Positions 52,705-62,023 of a stretch of 64,000 nt of DNA are shown here, one piece after another; position 1 is the stretch's first letter; every line of letters begins with the position of its first letter. Source of the DNA: Gammaproteobacteria bacterium HGW-Gammaproteobacteria-1 (GTDB lineage: Bacteria; Pseudomonadota; Gammaproteobacteria; Thiohalomonadales; Thiohalomonadaceae). Location: positions 389,790-453,789 of the forward strand of contig PGZL01000008.1 in the NCBI GenBank assembly GCA_002840095.1, given 5' to 3'. The position numbers and the translations under genes were made by a program. The notes below the pieces were generated by a model, which saw only the letters and a list, made by a program, of their open reading frames with translations, ran no database searches and was not told the origin of the DNA.

Positions 52705-53397
52705 TTAACGGATGCGCCAGTTGTCGGTACTCACCTTCAGCTGCCGCAGCCGCGCAGCGAGCAGGTCGGGAAAGCGCTTGTACCAGGTGGCGTTGAGCGG
52801 CGAGGGGTGGGGCAGCGGATGCAGGCGCAGGAGGCGCTGCGTGCCGTCGCGGGCGGTGAGGGTGATCTCGGTGTGTTGCTCGAAGCGATCCTCGCGTTCC
52901 CAGAAGGCTTCCAGCTGCGCCTTCACCGCCTTGTCCTGGTTGATGGCGAACCAGAGAAAGGCCTCGCGCCCCAGGGTGATGATGTCCCGGCCGCGCCAGG
53001 TGTGCAGCAGCAGGTCGGCCACCAGGGGCTGGAACTGCTTCTTTACCTTGGTGGACCAGGCCTTGTTGCCGATGGGCTTGTAGGGGACGGTGTTGGCCCA
53101 GAAGAACATCCTGCCGACTTCCACCGAGGCGGCGAAGTCGGGCAGCGGCTTGCCGTACAGGTGCTGGTACAGCGGTCCGCGCACCTTCTGGCCGCCGGCG
53201 CCGATGAAGGGCAGGCCGTGCTGCACCTCGTCGCGGCCCGGATCGCGGCCGAAGAAGGCGACGCGCACGTCGGGGGCACCGAGGCCGATGATGGGATCGA
53301 GCGGACTCTTGCCGCAGTCCCGGTAGACCGGCTCGTCGATGCCGGCCAGTTCGCGGGCGAGGGGGACAAAGGCGTCGTGCAGGGTTTGCGTGTTCAT
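52705..53397 (-). CDS. Uracil-DNA glycosylase superfamily protein (family 4/5-like)
   Basis: Motif A-like FFGRDPGRDE..GLPFIGAGG and motif B-like HPLPHPSPLN. Confidence 0.7.
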   Translation of the reverse strand: MNTQTLHDAFVPLARELAGIDEPVYRDCGKSPLDPIIGLGAPDVRVAFFGRDPGRDEVQHGLPFIGAGGQKVRGPLYQHLYGKPLPDFAASVEVGRMFFWANTVPYKPIGNKAWSTKVKKQFQPLVADLLLHTWRGRDIITLGREAFLWFAINQDKAVKAQLEAFWEREDRFEQHTEITLTARDGTQRLLRLHPLPHPSPLNATWYKRFPDLLAARLRQLKVSTDNWRIR

Positions 53398-53475
53398 GAG
53401 CGATAGCGGGTGTCAGGAGTGTGCCGGGCCCATAGTCTACCGCAGACGGCGCCGGGTACGCCGCGAGATGCAGGT

Positions 53476-54135
53476 TCAGGGCGGCGGCCGGCCGGGGCGG
53501 AAGCGGTAGTAGTAGTCGTAGCAGGGCTGGCACAGCGAGTGGCTGATCCGCGGCGGCAGCCGGTCGACCCAGGCCGGCACCCAGTCCCAGTGTTCCGGCT
53601 GCACCGCGCGCTGCACGCGGCGGCAATGGCTGCACTGCACGATCAGGCCGTGATTGTCGCGGTAGCGGGTTTCGTCCGGCGGCTGCGCTGCCCCGGCATC
53701 GGCGTCTTGGGGCCTGGTAATGGTCAGGTTGTTGATGATGATGATCACCTCGCCGCTGGCGAGGGGATAGCTCTTCTGGTGAAAGCGGCGGTACACGCCG
53801 CTGCTGGAGCACTCGTAGTCATGCTGCCAGACCAGGCGCTCGCGCAGCACCTGGGCATAGGCATCGCGGTAATACGGCTGCAAGGGGCCACTGATGGCGT
53901 GCAGCAGCGGAGTGCCCAGGGGAAAACGCTCGGAGATGCCCGGCTCGCCATGGTTGTCCTGCGCAAAGCGGTACCAGGCGGGATTGAAGTAGCACAGCCG
54001 CAATTCGCTATCGAGGGCGTACACCGCGCCGTGCTCGTTCTCCAGCGTGCCAAGCGCAAACTTGTCCAGCGCCGCGGCAAATCCGGGGGCGATACGCGCA
54101 GTGGGAAGCGGGCTGCTGGCGGGTGACATGGGCAT
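53476..54135 (-). CDS. PAS-like domain protein with C-terminal CxxC...CxxC module
   Basis: A PAS-like core (YALDSELRLCYFNPAWYRFA...) followed by CSHCRR...CQPCYDYYY. Confidence 0.5.
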   Translation of the reverse strand: MPMSPASSPLPTARIAPGFAAALDKFALGTLENEHGAVYALDSELRLCYFNPAWYRFAQDNHGEPGISERFPLGTPLLHAISGPLQPYYRDAYAQVLRERLVWQHDYECSSSGVYRRFHQKSYPLASGEVIIIINNLTITRPQDADAGAAQPPDETRYRDNHGLIVQCSHCRRVQRAVQPEHWDWVPAWVDRLPPRISHSLCQPCYDYYYRFRPGRPPP

Positions 54136-54197
54136 GTGGCCGTAGCGAAACGCGATGCATCAGTATCGTACTAACCCGGCGTATTTGCCATAGTCGT

Positions 54198-54665
54198 TCA
54201 GCGGGCAATGGCGGCGAACGCGGCGTGCGTCAGCGCCGCCAGATCGGCCGGCGCCAGTTCGATTTCCAGGCCGCGGCGTCCCGCGCTGACATAAATGGTG
54301 GCATGCCCGCGGGCGGAGTCGTCGATGACGGTGCGCAGCGCCTTCTTCTGCCCCAGCGGGCTGATGCCGCCGACGACGTAGCCGGTGGCGCGCTCGGCGT
54401 CGGCGGGACGCGCCATGTCGGCGCTGCGGGCGTTCAGCGCGGCGGCCAGCTGCTTGAGGTTGAGCTGGTTGGCCACCGGCACCACCGCCACCACCAGCTC
54501 CCTGCCGTCGAGTTGCGCGAGCAGGGTCTTGAACACCCGTGCCGGGCTCAAGCCCAGTTTGTCCGCCGCTTCCTCGCCATAGGCGGTCGCGGCCCTGTCG
54601 TGTTCGTAGCTGTGTACGGCATAGGTGATGCGCGCACGTTTGGCGGCGTTGATGGCGGGCGTCAT
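54198..54665 (-). CDS. ybaK: Cys-tRNA(Pro)/Cys-tRNA(Cys) deacylase YbaK
   Basis: ATG at 54665 (MTPAINAAKRARI...). Motifs VFKTLL, TGYVVGGISPLGQKK and IYVSAGRRG. Confidence 0.85.
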   Translation of the reverse strand: MTPAINAAKRARITYAVHSYEHDRAATAYGEEAADKLGLSPARVFKTLLAQLDGRELVVAVVPVANQLNLKQLAAALNARSADMARPADAERATGYVVGGISPLGQKKALRTVIDDSARGHATIYVSAGRRGLEIELAPADLAALTHAAFAAIAR

Positions 54666-55198
54666 GGCAGCCCGGCGGTAAAGCGCTGTACGTCGCTCAT
54701 GGCGGTGTACTCGGCCACGTCGATGCCGGCCTTGTGGAAGTCGATGGCATCGGGGAAACCGCTGGCCTGTTCGCCGCGCCGCTGCGCCTCCTCGACCCAC
54801 TGCCGCGACCAGCGCGCCAGATCGGAGAGCGCCGTGTCGTCGAATGCCCCGGCGGCACAGGTCAATGCCTCCCAGAAGCCGCTGCGCGACAGGGGCCGGT
54901 AGAGCGCCGCGACGGCGCTGACGTTCCGCTGTTCCAATGCCTGACGCAGGCACTGCACGTTTTGCTGCATCAGGACGGCGCGGGCCTGGTCCAGGTGCCG
55001 CTCCACTGTTTGCCTGATCGCCTGGTACACCGGGCGCGCCTGCTCGCCGGCATCGGCGCCGGACGCGACGAAAGTCTGCAAGGCGGTCAGGGCGGCGAGG
55101 TGCTGCTCGCTGCCGGGCGCATGGCTGGCCAGGTGGCGGCAGAAGCCCTCCACTTGCTCCACGGTGAAATGCAGCGACAGCACGTCGTCGGCAGTCAT
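54662..55198 (-). CDS. Hypothetical 178-aa helical protein
   Basis: ATGA overlaps with both neighbours. No family recognised. Confidence 0.5.
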   Translation of the reverse strand: MTADDVLSLHFTVEQVEGFCRHLASHAPGSEQHLAALTALQTFVASGADAGEQARPVYQAIRQTVERHLDQARAVLMQQNVQCLRQALEQRNVSAVAALYRPLSRSGFWEALTCAAGAFDDTALSDLARWSRQWVEEAQRRGEQASGFPDAIDFHKAGIDVAEYTAMSDVQRFTAGLP

Positions 55199-55575
55199 GG
55201 CGTCAACGCGGCCTCCAGGTGCGCCTCGCTCACGGGATAGGTGAGCACTGCGTGGAGAGGGTGGATCACCCGCAGCTTTTCCACATGCGCGAGATCGTCC
55301 TTCGCCGCCAGCACGATGACCCTGGCCTGCGGCGCGTACTTCACCAGCGAGTGCAGCAGCACGTCGAGGTTGCTGATGTTGGTGGCCTGGTAATAGGTGC
55401 TGAAGGCGTAGATGAAATCAGCCACCACGAAATCCGGTGGCTGCTTCTTCAGCGCGGCCAGCGCCTTGCGCTGGCTGTCGAAGCGCATCTGTTCCATGCC
55501 GAGGCGTTGATACAGCGCTGCAAAGTTGGGGTGTTGCGGCGCTTCGATGATGGAGTAGAGCAGGGGCCGGGTCAT
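55195..55575 (-). CDS. Hypothetical 126-aa protein (flavodoxin/CheY-like fold suspected)
   Basis: ATG at 55575 overlaps the GIY-YIG gene stop. The alternating beta-alpha pattern (PDFVVADFIY, RVIVLAAKDD) suggests the fold. Confidence 0.45.
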   Translation of the reverse strand: MTRPLLYSIIEAPQHPNFAALYQRLGMEQMRFDSQRKALAALKKQPPDFVVADFIYAFSTYYQATNISNLDVLLHSLVKYAPQARVIVLAAKDDLAHVEKLRVIHPLHAVLTYPVSEAHLEAALTP

Positions 55576-55838
55576 GATGTCGGCATACCTTGCGCCAGGG
55601 CGAGTTTTGCCGCGCGGCTGAGTTTGCGGATCGCCGCCTCGCGCTTGCATGCGTCGGAACGGCTGGCTGCCGGTTCGCAGTGCAGCAGCGCCACCGGCCG
55701 ACGGGCACGGGTGTAGCGGGCGCCGAGCCTGTCATCGTTGTTGTGCTCGTCGAGGCGGCGCGGCACATCAGTGGTCACGCCGGTGTACAGCGTGTCGTCG
55801 GCGCAGCGCAGCAGGTAGACGAACCAGGTGTCGGACAT
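55572..55838 (-). CDS. GIY-YIG domain protein (UPF0213/YhbQ-like)
   Basis: WFVYLLRCADDTLYTGVTTDVPRRLDEHN, 88 aa. Confidence 0.8.
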   Translation of the reverse strand: MSDTWFVYLLRCADDTLYTGVTTDVPRRLDEHNNDDRLGARYTRARRPVALLHCEPAASRSDACKREAAIRKLSRAAKLALAQGMPTS

Positions 55839-55960
55839 GATGGGGGGAGTATACCAATCCGGGGCGCTTGTTTTGGCGGGGATTTCGGTCCCCTGCGCCG
55901 TGTGGTGGTGCGCGCTATCGCGCGGATTGATTTTTGGTGCGGGGAGCCGCCCCGCGCGCG

Positions 55961-56563
55961 GGTTACTTTTCTTTGTTCGGCCAAAGAAAACTAACGAAAA
56001 GAAAGGCCGCCCGATTGCCGCGCCCTGCGGGTTCCCTGTGCTTCTCGCCCGAATCGGCGCTCGCCTACGCGCCGTCCCTGGCGCGAAGGCGAGGACAGGC
56101 CATCCATGGCCTGTCCCCTTCGGGCTTCTCCCGATTCGGGCTGCGATGCTCGGCGCGGCAGACGGGGGGTAAACCGAAAGTCAAAATCAAAACCCAAAGT
56201 CAAAACCGCTCCGTTTCCCGTAGGGTGCGCACCGCGCACCATTCTTCCGGTAGGCACGGCATTGGTGCGCAATGCGCACCCTACATCGTCATGTGTGCGC
56301 GCAGCGCACACCATCCAGCGCGATGCCGTCAGGCGAGCCGGATTTGACGTTCAAACCCCTCTGTCTCGCCGAGCAACGCAGCCCGGGGCGGAATAGCCCG
56401 CAGGGGGCGTGCCATGGATGGCGCGCATTTCTCCGTCGGCACACGGACGTGCCGTCGGAGAAACCCGTCCCGGGCGAGTAGCGCAGGGAACCGCGATAGC
56501 GGCGAGACATCGGGGCGGCCTTTTCTTTCGTTAGTTTCTTTTGGCCGCGCAAAAGAAAGTAAC
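55961..56563. repeat. About 600-bp palindromic composite: two inverted ~260-bp repeat copies around a central REP pair
   Basis: The left end GTTACTTTTCTTTGTTCGGCCAAAGAAAACTAACGAAAAGAAAGGCCGCCC matches the reverse complement of the right end (...GGGCGGCCTTTTCTTTCGTTAGTTTCTTTTGGCCGCGCAAAAGAAAGTAAC). Internal matches include CCATCCATGGC and GCTGCG(A/T)TGCTCGGCG. REPs lie at about 56220-56300. Confidence 0.75.
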
Positions 56564-56644
56564 ACGTCATCCCCCGCCTAAATCAGGGCGCGCAGCGCAC
56601 AACACACACGGCACAGGGGATCGAAATCCCCCGTCAAAAAAAGA

Positions 56645-58237
56645 TCACTCGATCGCCTGACTCCGCAGGTAATCCTCATAAGTACCGCTGAAGTCGACGA
56701 CACCCTGCGGCGTCAACTCGATGATGCGGGTGGCCAGCGAGGACACGAATTCGCGGTCGTGGCTGACGAAGATCAGGGTGCCGTCGTAGTTTTCCAGCGC
56801 CAGGTTGAGCGACTCGATGGATTCCATGTCCAGATGGTTGGTCGGCTCGTCCATGAGCATCACGTTGGCCCGCTGCAGCATCAGCTTGCCGAACAGCATG
56901 CGGCCCTGTTCACCGCCGGAGATCACCTTCACCGACTTGCCGATGTCGTCCTGCGAAAACAGCAGGCGGCCGAGGGTGCCGCGGATCACCTGTTCGTCGT
57001 CGCCGGGGCGGGCCCAGTGGCTCATCCATTCGAACAGCGGCATGTCGTTGGCGAAGTCGGCGGCGTGGTCCTGGGCGAAGTAGCCGAGGGCGGCGTTTTC
57101 CGACCACTTGATGTCGCCCTTGTCGGATTCCAGATCGTTCACCAGGCAGCGCAGCAGGGTGGTCTTGCCGATGCCGTTGGGGCCGATGATGGCGATGCGT
57201 TCGCCCACTTCCACCAGCAGGTTGAGATTCTGGAACAGCGGCTTGCCGTCGTAGCCCTTGCTGAGGCCTTCCACTTCGAGCACGTTGCGGTACAGCTTCT
57301 TGTCCTGGTTGAAGCGGATGAACGGATTCTGCCGGCTCGACGGCTTGACCTCGGCCAGCTGGATCTTGTCGATCTGCCGCGCGCGCGAGGTGGCCTGCTT
57401 GGCCTTGGAGGCGTTGGCGGAGAAACGGCTGACGAAGGTTTGCAGCTCGGCGATTTGCGCCTTCTTCTTGGCATTGTCGGCCAGCAGGCGCTCGCGCACC
57501 TGGGTGGCGGCGGTCATGTATTCGTCGTAGTTGCCCGGATAGACGCGCAGCTCGCCGTAGTCCAAGTCGGCCATGTGGGTGCAGACCGAGTTCAGGAAAT
57601 GGCGGTCATGGGAGATGATCACCATGGTGCTGTTGCGCGCGTTGAGCACGTCTTCCAGCCAGCGGATGGTGTTGATGTCCAGGTTGTTGGTGGGTTCGTC
57701 CAGCAGCAGGATGTCCGGGTCGGAGAACAGCGCCTGCGCCAGCAGCACGCGCAGTTTCCAGCCGGGCGCCACCGCGCTCATCGGGCCGCTGTGCTGTTCC
57801 ACCGGGATGCCGACGCCGAGCAGCAACTCGCCGGCGCGGGCCTCGGCGGTGTAGCCGTCGAACTCGGCGAACTGCACTTCCAGGTCGGCCACCTTCATGC
57901 CGTCGTCTTCGGTCATTTCCGGCAGGGCATAGATGCGGTCGCGTTCGTGCTTGATCTGCCACAGCTCGGCATGGCCCATGATCACCGTGTCGAGCACGCT
58001 GTACTGCTCGAAGGCGAACTGGTCCTGGCGCAGCTTGCCCAGGCGCTCGTTGGGGTCGAGGCTGACGTTGCCGGCGCTGGGTTCCAGGTCGCCGCCGAGG
58101 ATTTTCATCAGCGTCGATTTGCCGCAGCCGTTGGCGCCGATGAGGCCGTAGCGGTTGCCGTCACCGAACTTGACGGAAATGTTTTCGAACAGGGGCTTGG
58201 CCCCGAACTGCATGGTGATGTTGGCGGTGGTGAGCAC
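56645..58237 (-). CDS. ybiT: ABC-F family ATPase (YbiT-like)
   Basis: Two ABC cassettes ([18 protein letters not shown]; LSGGE signatures) and no TM domain. The N-terminus is nearly colinear with E. coli YbiT as I recall it. Confidence 0.9.
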   Translation of the reverse strand: MLTTANITMQFGAKPLFENISVKFGDGNRYGLIGANGCGKSTLMKILGGDLEPSAGNVSLDPNERLGKLRQDQFAFEQYSVLDTVIMGHAELWQIKHERDRIYALPEMTEDDGMKVADLEVQFAEFDGYTAEARAGELLLGVGIPVEQHSGPMSAVAPGWKLRVLLAQALFSDPDILLLDEPTNNLDINTIRWLEDVLNARNSTMVIISHDRHFLNSVCTHMADLDYGELRVYPGNYDEYMTAATQVRERLLADNAKKKAQIAELQTFVSRFSANASKAKQATSRARQIDKIQLAEVKPSSRQNPFIRFNQDKKLYRNVLEVEGLSKGYDGKPLFQNLNLLVEVGERIAIIGPNGIGKTTLLRCLVNDLESDKGDIKWSENAALGYFAQDHAADFANDMPLFEWMSHWARPGDDEQVIRGTLGRLLFSQDDIGKSVKVISGGEQGRMLFGKLMLQRANVMLMDEPTNHLDMESIESLNLALENYDGTLIFVSHDREFVSSLATRIIELTPQGVVDFSGTYEDYLRSQAIE

Positions 58238-58517
58238 GGCGGTGTTCCAGGTTGCTGTGTCGGACTAAAACGTACTGACTGGCGCAGGTGGTGCGCCAGG
58301 AAGGCGAAGTCCGCGGGATTCAATCGGGTCTTGTTGTCTCCGGCGGGCGAGGGGGCGTATGCCGGAGCGGCGCTATTGTCGCATAGGCGATGCCTGCCCG
58401 CATCAATTCCGCGTAAAAAACAGGGGCAAACCGCGGCTGGGGGTCAATTCAGGCGCGACGCGGGCGGCCGCTTGCGCTACCCTGCGGCCCTCTTACATCA
58501 GGGCAGAGGCCGTAGCG

Positions 58518-58907
58518 ATGAAATGGTTTTTCCGCATCTTTTTCCGCACGATACGTCTCGTGCTGACACCGTTGATGTTGTTGTGGGAGCGGCTGACGCC
58601 GCCGCGCGCCCTGGTGCGCACGGCGGAGCGGCAGCAGCAGGTGGATGCCGAGACCGGCAGGCTGGCCTTGTACCAGTTCCGCGCCTGTCCCTTTTGCATG
58701 CGGGTGCGGCGCGAAATGGCGCGCCTGGCGCTGGGGATTGAGCTGCGCGACGCCCAGCACGACGCGGCGCATCGTCTGGCCCTGCAGCAGGGGGGCGGCG
58801 AGATCAAGGTACCCTGCCTGCGCATTGACGGCGCGGACGGGACCACCTCCTGGATGTACGAGTCGGCGGAGATCATCCGCTATTTGCAGGAGCGCTACGC
58901 CGGCTGA
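58518..58907 (+). CDS. Membrane-anchored glutaredoxin-like protein
   Basis: ATG at 58518. An N-terminal hydrophobic helix is followed by LYQFRACPFCMRVR...KVPCL, a Grx fold. Confidence 0.7.
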   Translation: MKWFFRIFFRTIRLVLTPLMLLWERLTPPRALVRTAERQQQVDAETGRLALYQFRACPFCMRVRREMARLALGIELRDAQHDAAHRLALQQGGGEIKVPCLRIDGADGTTSWMYESAEIIRYLQERYAG

Positions 58908-58917
58908 GGGCCGGCGC

Positions 58918-59316
58918 CTACTTGTCGCCGTCCTTTTTCAGCATGCTCTTGAGGTCGGCGAAGGGATTGAAGGTGGCAGCCTCCTGTTTCGGTGCCGCCA
59001 GGCCGTCATAGCCGCGCACCTTGTCCACGTAGCGCTGGTGTTCGTTGTCGTGGCAGTAGAGGCAGAGGTTTTCCCAGTTGCTGCCGTCGGGCGGGTTGTT
59101 GTCGTGGTTGTGATCTTTGTGGTGGACGGTGAGCTCGTGCAGGTTGGCCTGGGTGAACTCGCGGGCGCAGCGGCCGCAGATCCAGGGGTGGATGCGCAGC
59201 GATTGCTCGCGGTAGCCCTCCAGGCGTTTTTCGCGCTCCTTGTGGACGCCGGCCACCAGCTTGTCCAGCTTGTTGTGGTCGATGGGTTTGCCGGGGGTGC
59301 GGCGCGGATCGGACAT
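58918..59316 (-). CDS. yajD: HNH nuclease YajD-like
   Basis: ATG at 59316. Motifs CGRCAREF...LTVHHKDHNHDNN...NLCLYCHDNEH. Confidence 0.85.
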   Translation of the reverse strand: MSDPRRTPGKPIDHNKLDKLVAGVHKEREKRLEGYREQSLRIHPWICGRCAREFTQANLHELTVHHKDHNHDNNPPDGSNWENLCLYCHDNEHQRYVDKVRGYDGLAAPKQEAATFNPFADLKSMLKKDGDK

Positions 59317-59404
59317 GACGGTTTCCTGGGATAGGGCTGTTGTGCAGTAGATTCTATACGGCAAAAACAGTTCACCGCAAAGGAGACAAAGAAATCCAAA
59401 ACCT

Positions 59405-59491
59405 CAATGCAGAGACGCAGAGGCGCGGAGAATACGGAGATTGGCAATAGTCATCCTTTGCGGCCTCTGCGTCTCTGCGCCTCTGCGTTGG
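59405..59491. repeat. Hairpin, ACGCAGAG-type arms
   Basis: CAATGCAGAGACGCAGAGGCGCGGAGAA ... GCGGCCTCTGCGTCTCTGCGCCTCTGCGTTGG. Confidence 0.8.
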
Positions 59492-59514
59492 ATTTTTTGT
59501 GTGCACTTTTTCTC

Positions 59515-61185
59515 TCAAGCCGCGGCTGATTGCTGCGCCTGGGCCCGATTCAGCGCCGACAGCACGGCCTTGAGCGAGGCGCTGACGGTGTCGTGGTCCA
59601 GGGCCGCGCCGCTGTAACGGCGGCCGCCGACGTTGATCTGCACGTAGGCCGCCGCCTCGGCATGGGTGCCGGCGCCGATGGCGTGTTCGCTGTAGTCCAC
59701 CACGTTCACCTGCTCGCCGCTGTGCCGGGTCCAGGCATCGACGAAGGCCGAGATGGCGCCCTCGCCCCTGCCGTCCAGGGTGCGGGCATTGCCGCGTTCG
59801 ACGATGTCGGCGGCGAGGGTGTCCACCGCGCCCTCGCGGTCGAGACGGTAGCCCAGCAGCCGCACCGGCGCCTGGTCGGCGACGAAGTGGGCGAGGAACA
59901 GCTGGTGGATGGTGGCGCTGTCGATCTCGCCGGCGCGGCGCTCGCTTTCGCGCTGCACCAGCTGCGCCAGTTCCACCTGCATCCAGCGCGGCAGGCTGAG
60001 GCCGTAGTCGCGCTCCAGCACGAAGGCCACGCCGCCCTTGCCCGACTGGCTGTTGACGCGGATCACCGCCTGGTAGTCGCGGCCGAGGTCGCGCGGGTCG
60101 ATGGGCAGGTAGGCCACCTGCCAGTGCTCATCCGGCTTCTGCAACTTGAGGCTCTTGCGGATGGCGTCCTGGTGGCTGCCGGAAAAGGCCGTATAGACCA
60201 TTTCGCCGATCCAGGGATGGCGCGGGTGCACCGGCAGGGTGGTGCACTCGGTGTAGGTCTGGATGACGGCGTCCGGGTTGGAAAGATCCAGCTCGGGGTC
60301 GATGCCCTGGCTGTAGAGGTTCATCGCCATGGTGACGATGTCCATGTTGCCGGTGCGCTCGCCGTTGCCGAGCAGGGTGCCCTCGACGCGGTCGGCGCCG
60401 GCGAGCACGGCCATCTCCGCCGCCGCCACCGCGCAGCCGCGATCGTTGTGGGTGTGCACCGACACGATGATGCTGTCACGGCGGCTGACGTTGCGGCAGA
60501 ACCATTCCACCTGATCGGCGAACACGTTGGGCATGGCGCTTTCCACCGTTGCCGGCAGGTTGATGATGCACCGCTGCTGCGGGGTCGGCTGCCACACGTC
60601 GGTCACCGCATCGCACACCTCCACCGCGTAATCCATTTCGGTGTTGGAGAAGCTCTCGGGCGAATACTGGAACACCCATTCGGTGGCCGGGTATTTGGCC
60701 GCCTCGCGCTTGAGCAATTGGGCGCCGCGCACGGCGATGCCCTTGATGGCCTCGCGGTCCATCTGGAACACGCGCTCGCGCTGCACCGTGGAGGTGGAGT
60801 TGTAGACGTGGACGATGGCGCGCTTTGCCCCCTGGAGGGCCTCGAAGGTGCGCACGATGAGGTCCTCGCGCGCCTGCACCAGCACCTGCACGGTGACGTC
60901 GTCCGGGATCTGTTTTGCCTCGATGAGCCAGCGCACGAAGTCGAAATCCGGCTGGCTGGCCGACGGGAAGCCCACCTCGATCTCCTTGAAGCCGAGTTCA
61001 ACCAGCAAGGCCCACATCTTGCGCTTCTGCGCCACGTCCATGGGCTCCAGCAACGCCTGGTTGCCGTCGCGCAGGTCGACGCTGGCCCAGATGGGCGCGC
61101 GTTGGATGCTGCGGCTGGGCCACTGGCGGTCGGCCAGAGCCACCGTCGGGGCGGGGCGGTATTTGCGGTGGTCGAAGGCGGTCAT
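59515..61185 (-). CDS. leuA: 2-isopropylmalate synthase (long LeuA form)
   Basis: ATG at 61185 behind AGGAG. Motifs WASVDLRDGNQAL, HTHNDRGCAVA and a C-terminal regulatory domain. Confidence 0.9.
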   Translation of the reverse strand: MTAFDHRKYRPAPTVALADRQWPSRSIQRAPIWASVDLRDGNQALLEPMDVAQKRKMWALLVELGFKEIEVGFPSASQPDFDFVRWLIEAKQIPDDVTVQVLVQAREDLIVRTFEALQGAKRAIVHVYNSTSTVQRERVFQMDREAIKGIAVRGAQLLKREAAKYPATEWVFQYSPESFSNTEMDYAVEVCDAVTDVWQPTPQQRCIINLPATVESAMPNVFADQVEWFCRNVSRRDSIIVSVHTHNDRGCAVAAAEMAVLAGADRVEGTLLGNGERTGNMDIVTMAMNLYSQGIDPELDLSNPDAVIQTYTECTTLPVHPRHPWIGEMVYTAFSGSHQDAIRKSLKLQKPDEHWQVAYLPIDPRDLGRDYQAVIRVNSQSGKGGVAFVLERDYGLSLPRWMQVELAQLVQRESERRAGEIDSATIHQLFLAHFVADQAPVRLLGYRLDREGAVDTLAADIVERGNARTLDGRGEGAISAFVDAWTRHSGEQVNVVDYSEHAIGAGTHAEAAAYVQINVGGRRYSGAALDHDTVSASLKAVLSALNRAQAQQSAAA

Positions 61186-61203
61186 GATCGCTCCTGCGTC
61201 GCG

Positions 61204-61476
61204 GTGACAAGTTTCAAGTTGCAAGTTACAAGGGCAAGAAAAGGCGCAGATGCGCCGGGTACTGTGGCGGCCCTTGTGGGGCGTTGCCGTTGCCGCATCC
61301 TCGTGAGAATTGGCAGGTTTGACCCGATGTTTGCGGGTTGGTGAAAGATTACGCCAGCGGCTGCGGCAGGTGCTTGCGAAGTTTTGTAATAGATGGAGGC
61401 ATTAAGCAATAATGTTGCGCGGTTAGGCGAGGCGGCGCCATAATCACCTTGTCACTTGCAACTTGCCACTTGGAAC
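61204..61476. repeat. TACAAG-type inverted arms enclosing the whole leuA / lrp divergent promoter region
   Basis: GTGACAAGTTTCAAGTTGCAAGTTACAAGG at 61204-61233 and CCTTGTCACTTGCAACTTGCCACTTGGAAC at 61447-61476, with a loop of about 215 bp. Confidence 0.7.
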
Positions 61477-61485
61477 TGCCTTTAT

Positions 61486-61947
61486 ATGGAACTAGACCGC
61501 TACGACCGCCGCATCCTCGAACTCCTGCAACAGGATGGCCGCATCAGCAACCAGGAACTGGCCGACCGCATCGGCCTGTCGCCCTCCCCCTGCCTGCGCC
61601 GGGTGCGCGCCTTGGAGGAGTCGGGCCTGATCCTCGGCTACCGTGCCCTGCTCGACGCCAAGGCGCTCGGCCTGAGCCTGATGGCGCTGATCCACATCTC
61701 CATGGACCGCCACACCCCGGAGCGCTTCGCCAATTTCGAGGCCAGGGTCGCCGCCCTGCCCGAGGTGCTGGAATGCCTGCTCATCACCGGTCAGGACGCC
61801 GACTACCAGCTCAAGGTGGTGGTGCGCGACATGGAGGCCTACCAGGAGTTGTTGCTCGACAAGATCACCCGCATCGAGGGGGTGAGCGGGGTGCATTCCA
61901 GCTTCGTGATGCGCAGGGTGGTGGACAAGACGGCTTTGCCGGTTTGA
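61486..61947 (+). CDS. Lrp/AsnC-family transcriptional regulator
   Basis: MELDRYDRRILELLQQDGRISNQELADRIGLSPSPCLRRVRALEE. Divergent from leuA. Confidence 0.9.
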   Translation: MELDRYDRRILELLQQDGRISNQELADRIGLSPSPCLRRVRALEESGLILGYRALLDAKALGLSLMALIHISMDRHTPERFANFEARVAALPEVLECLLITGQDADYQLKVVVRDMEAYQELLLDKITRIEGVSGVHSSFVMRRVVDKTALPV

Positions 61948-61953
61948 GGATTA

Positions 61954-62023
61954 GTTTCGAGTTTCGAGTTTCGAGTTTCGAGTTTCGAGTTTCGAGTTTC
62001 GGGTTTCGGGTTTCGGGTTTCGC
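61954..62023 (+). repeat. Heptamer microsatellite (GTTTCGA)x6 (GTTTCGG)x3 (GTTTCGC)x1
   Basis: Counted directly. It starts 7 nt after the lrp-family gene stop. Confidence 0.9.

Noticed and set aside
55828-56570. ORFs of 70-140 aa on both strands (for example 55934-56347 and 55991-56314).
   Set aside because: They lie entirely within the palindromic repeat composite. They mirror each other and have Arg/Pro/Gly-rich nonsense composition.
55572-59316. The GIY-YIG (55572-55838) and HNH (58918-59316) proteins as homing endonucleases or defence nucleases.
   Set aside because: Both match small, widely conserved housekeeping families (YhbQ/UPF0213 and YajD). Neither is inside an intron or intein, nor next to recognisable defence partners.
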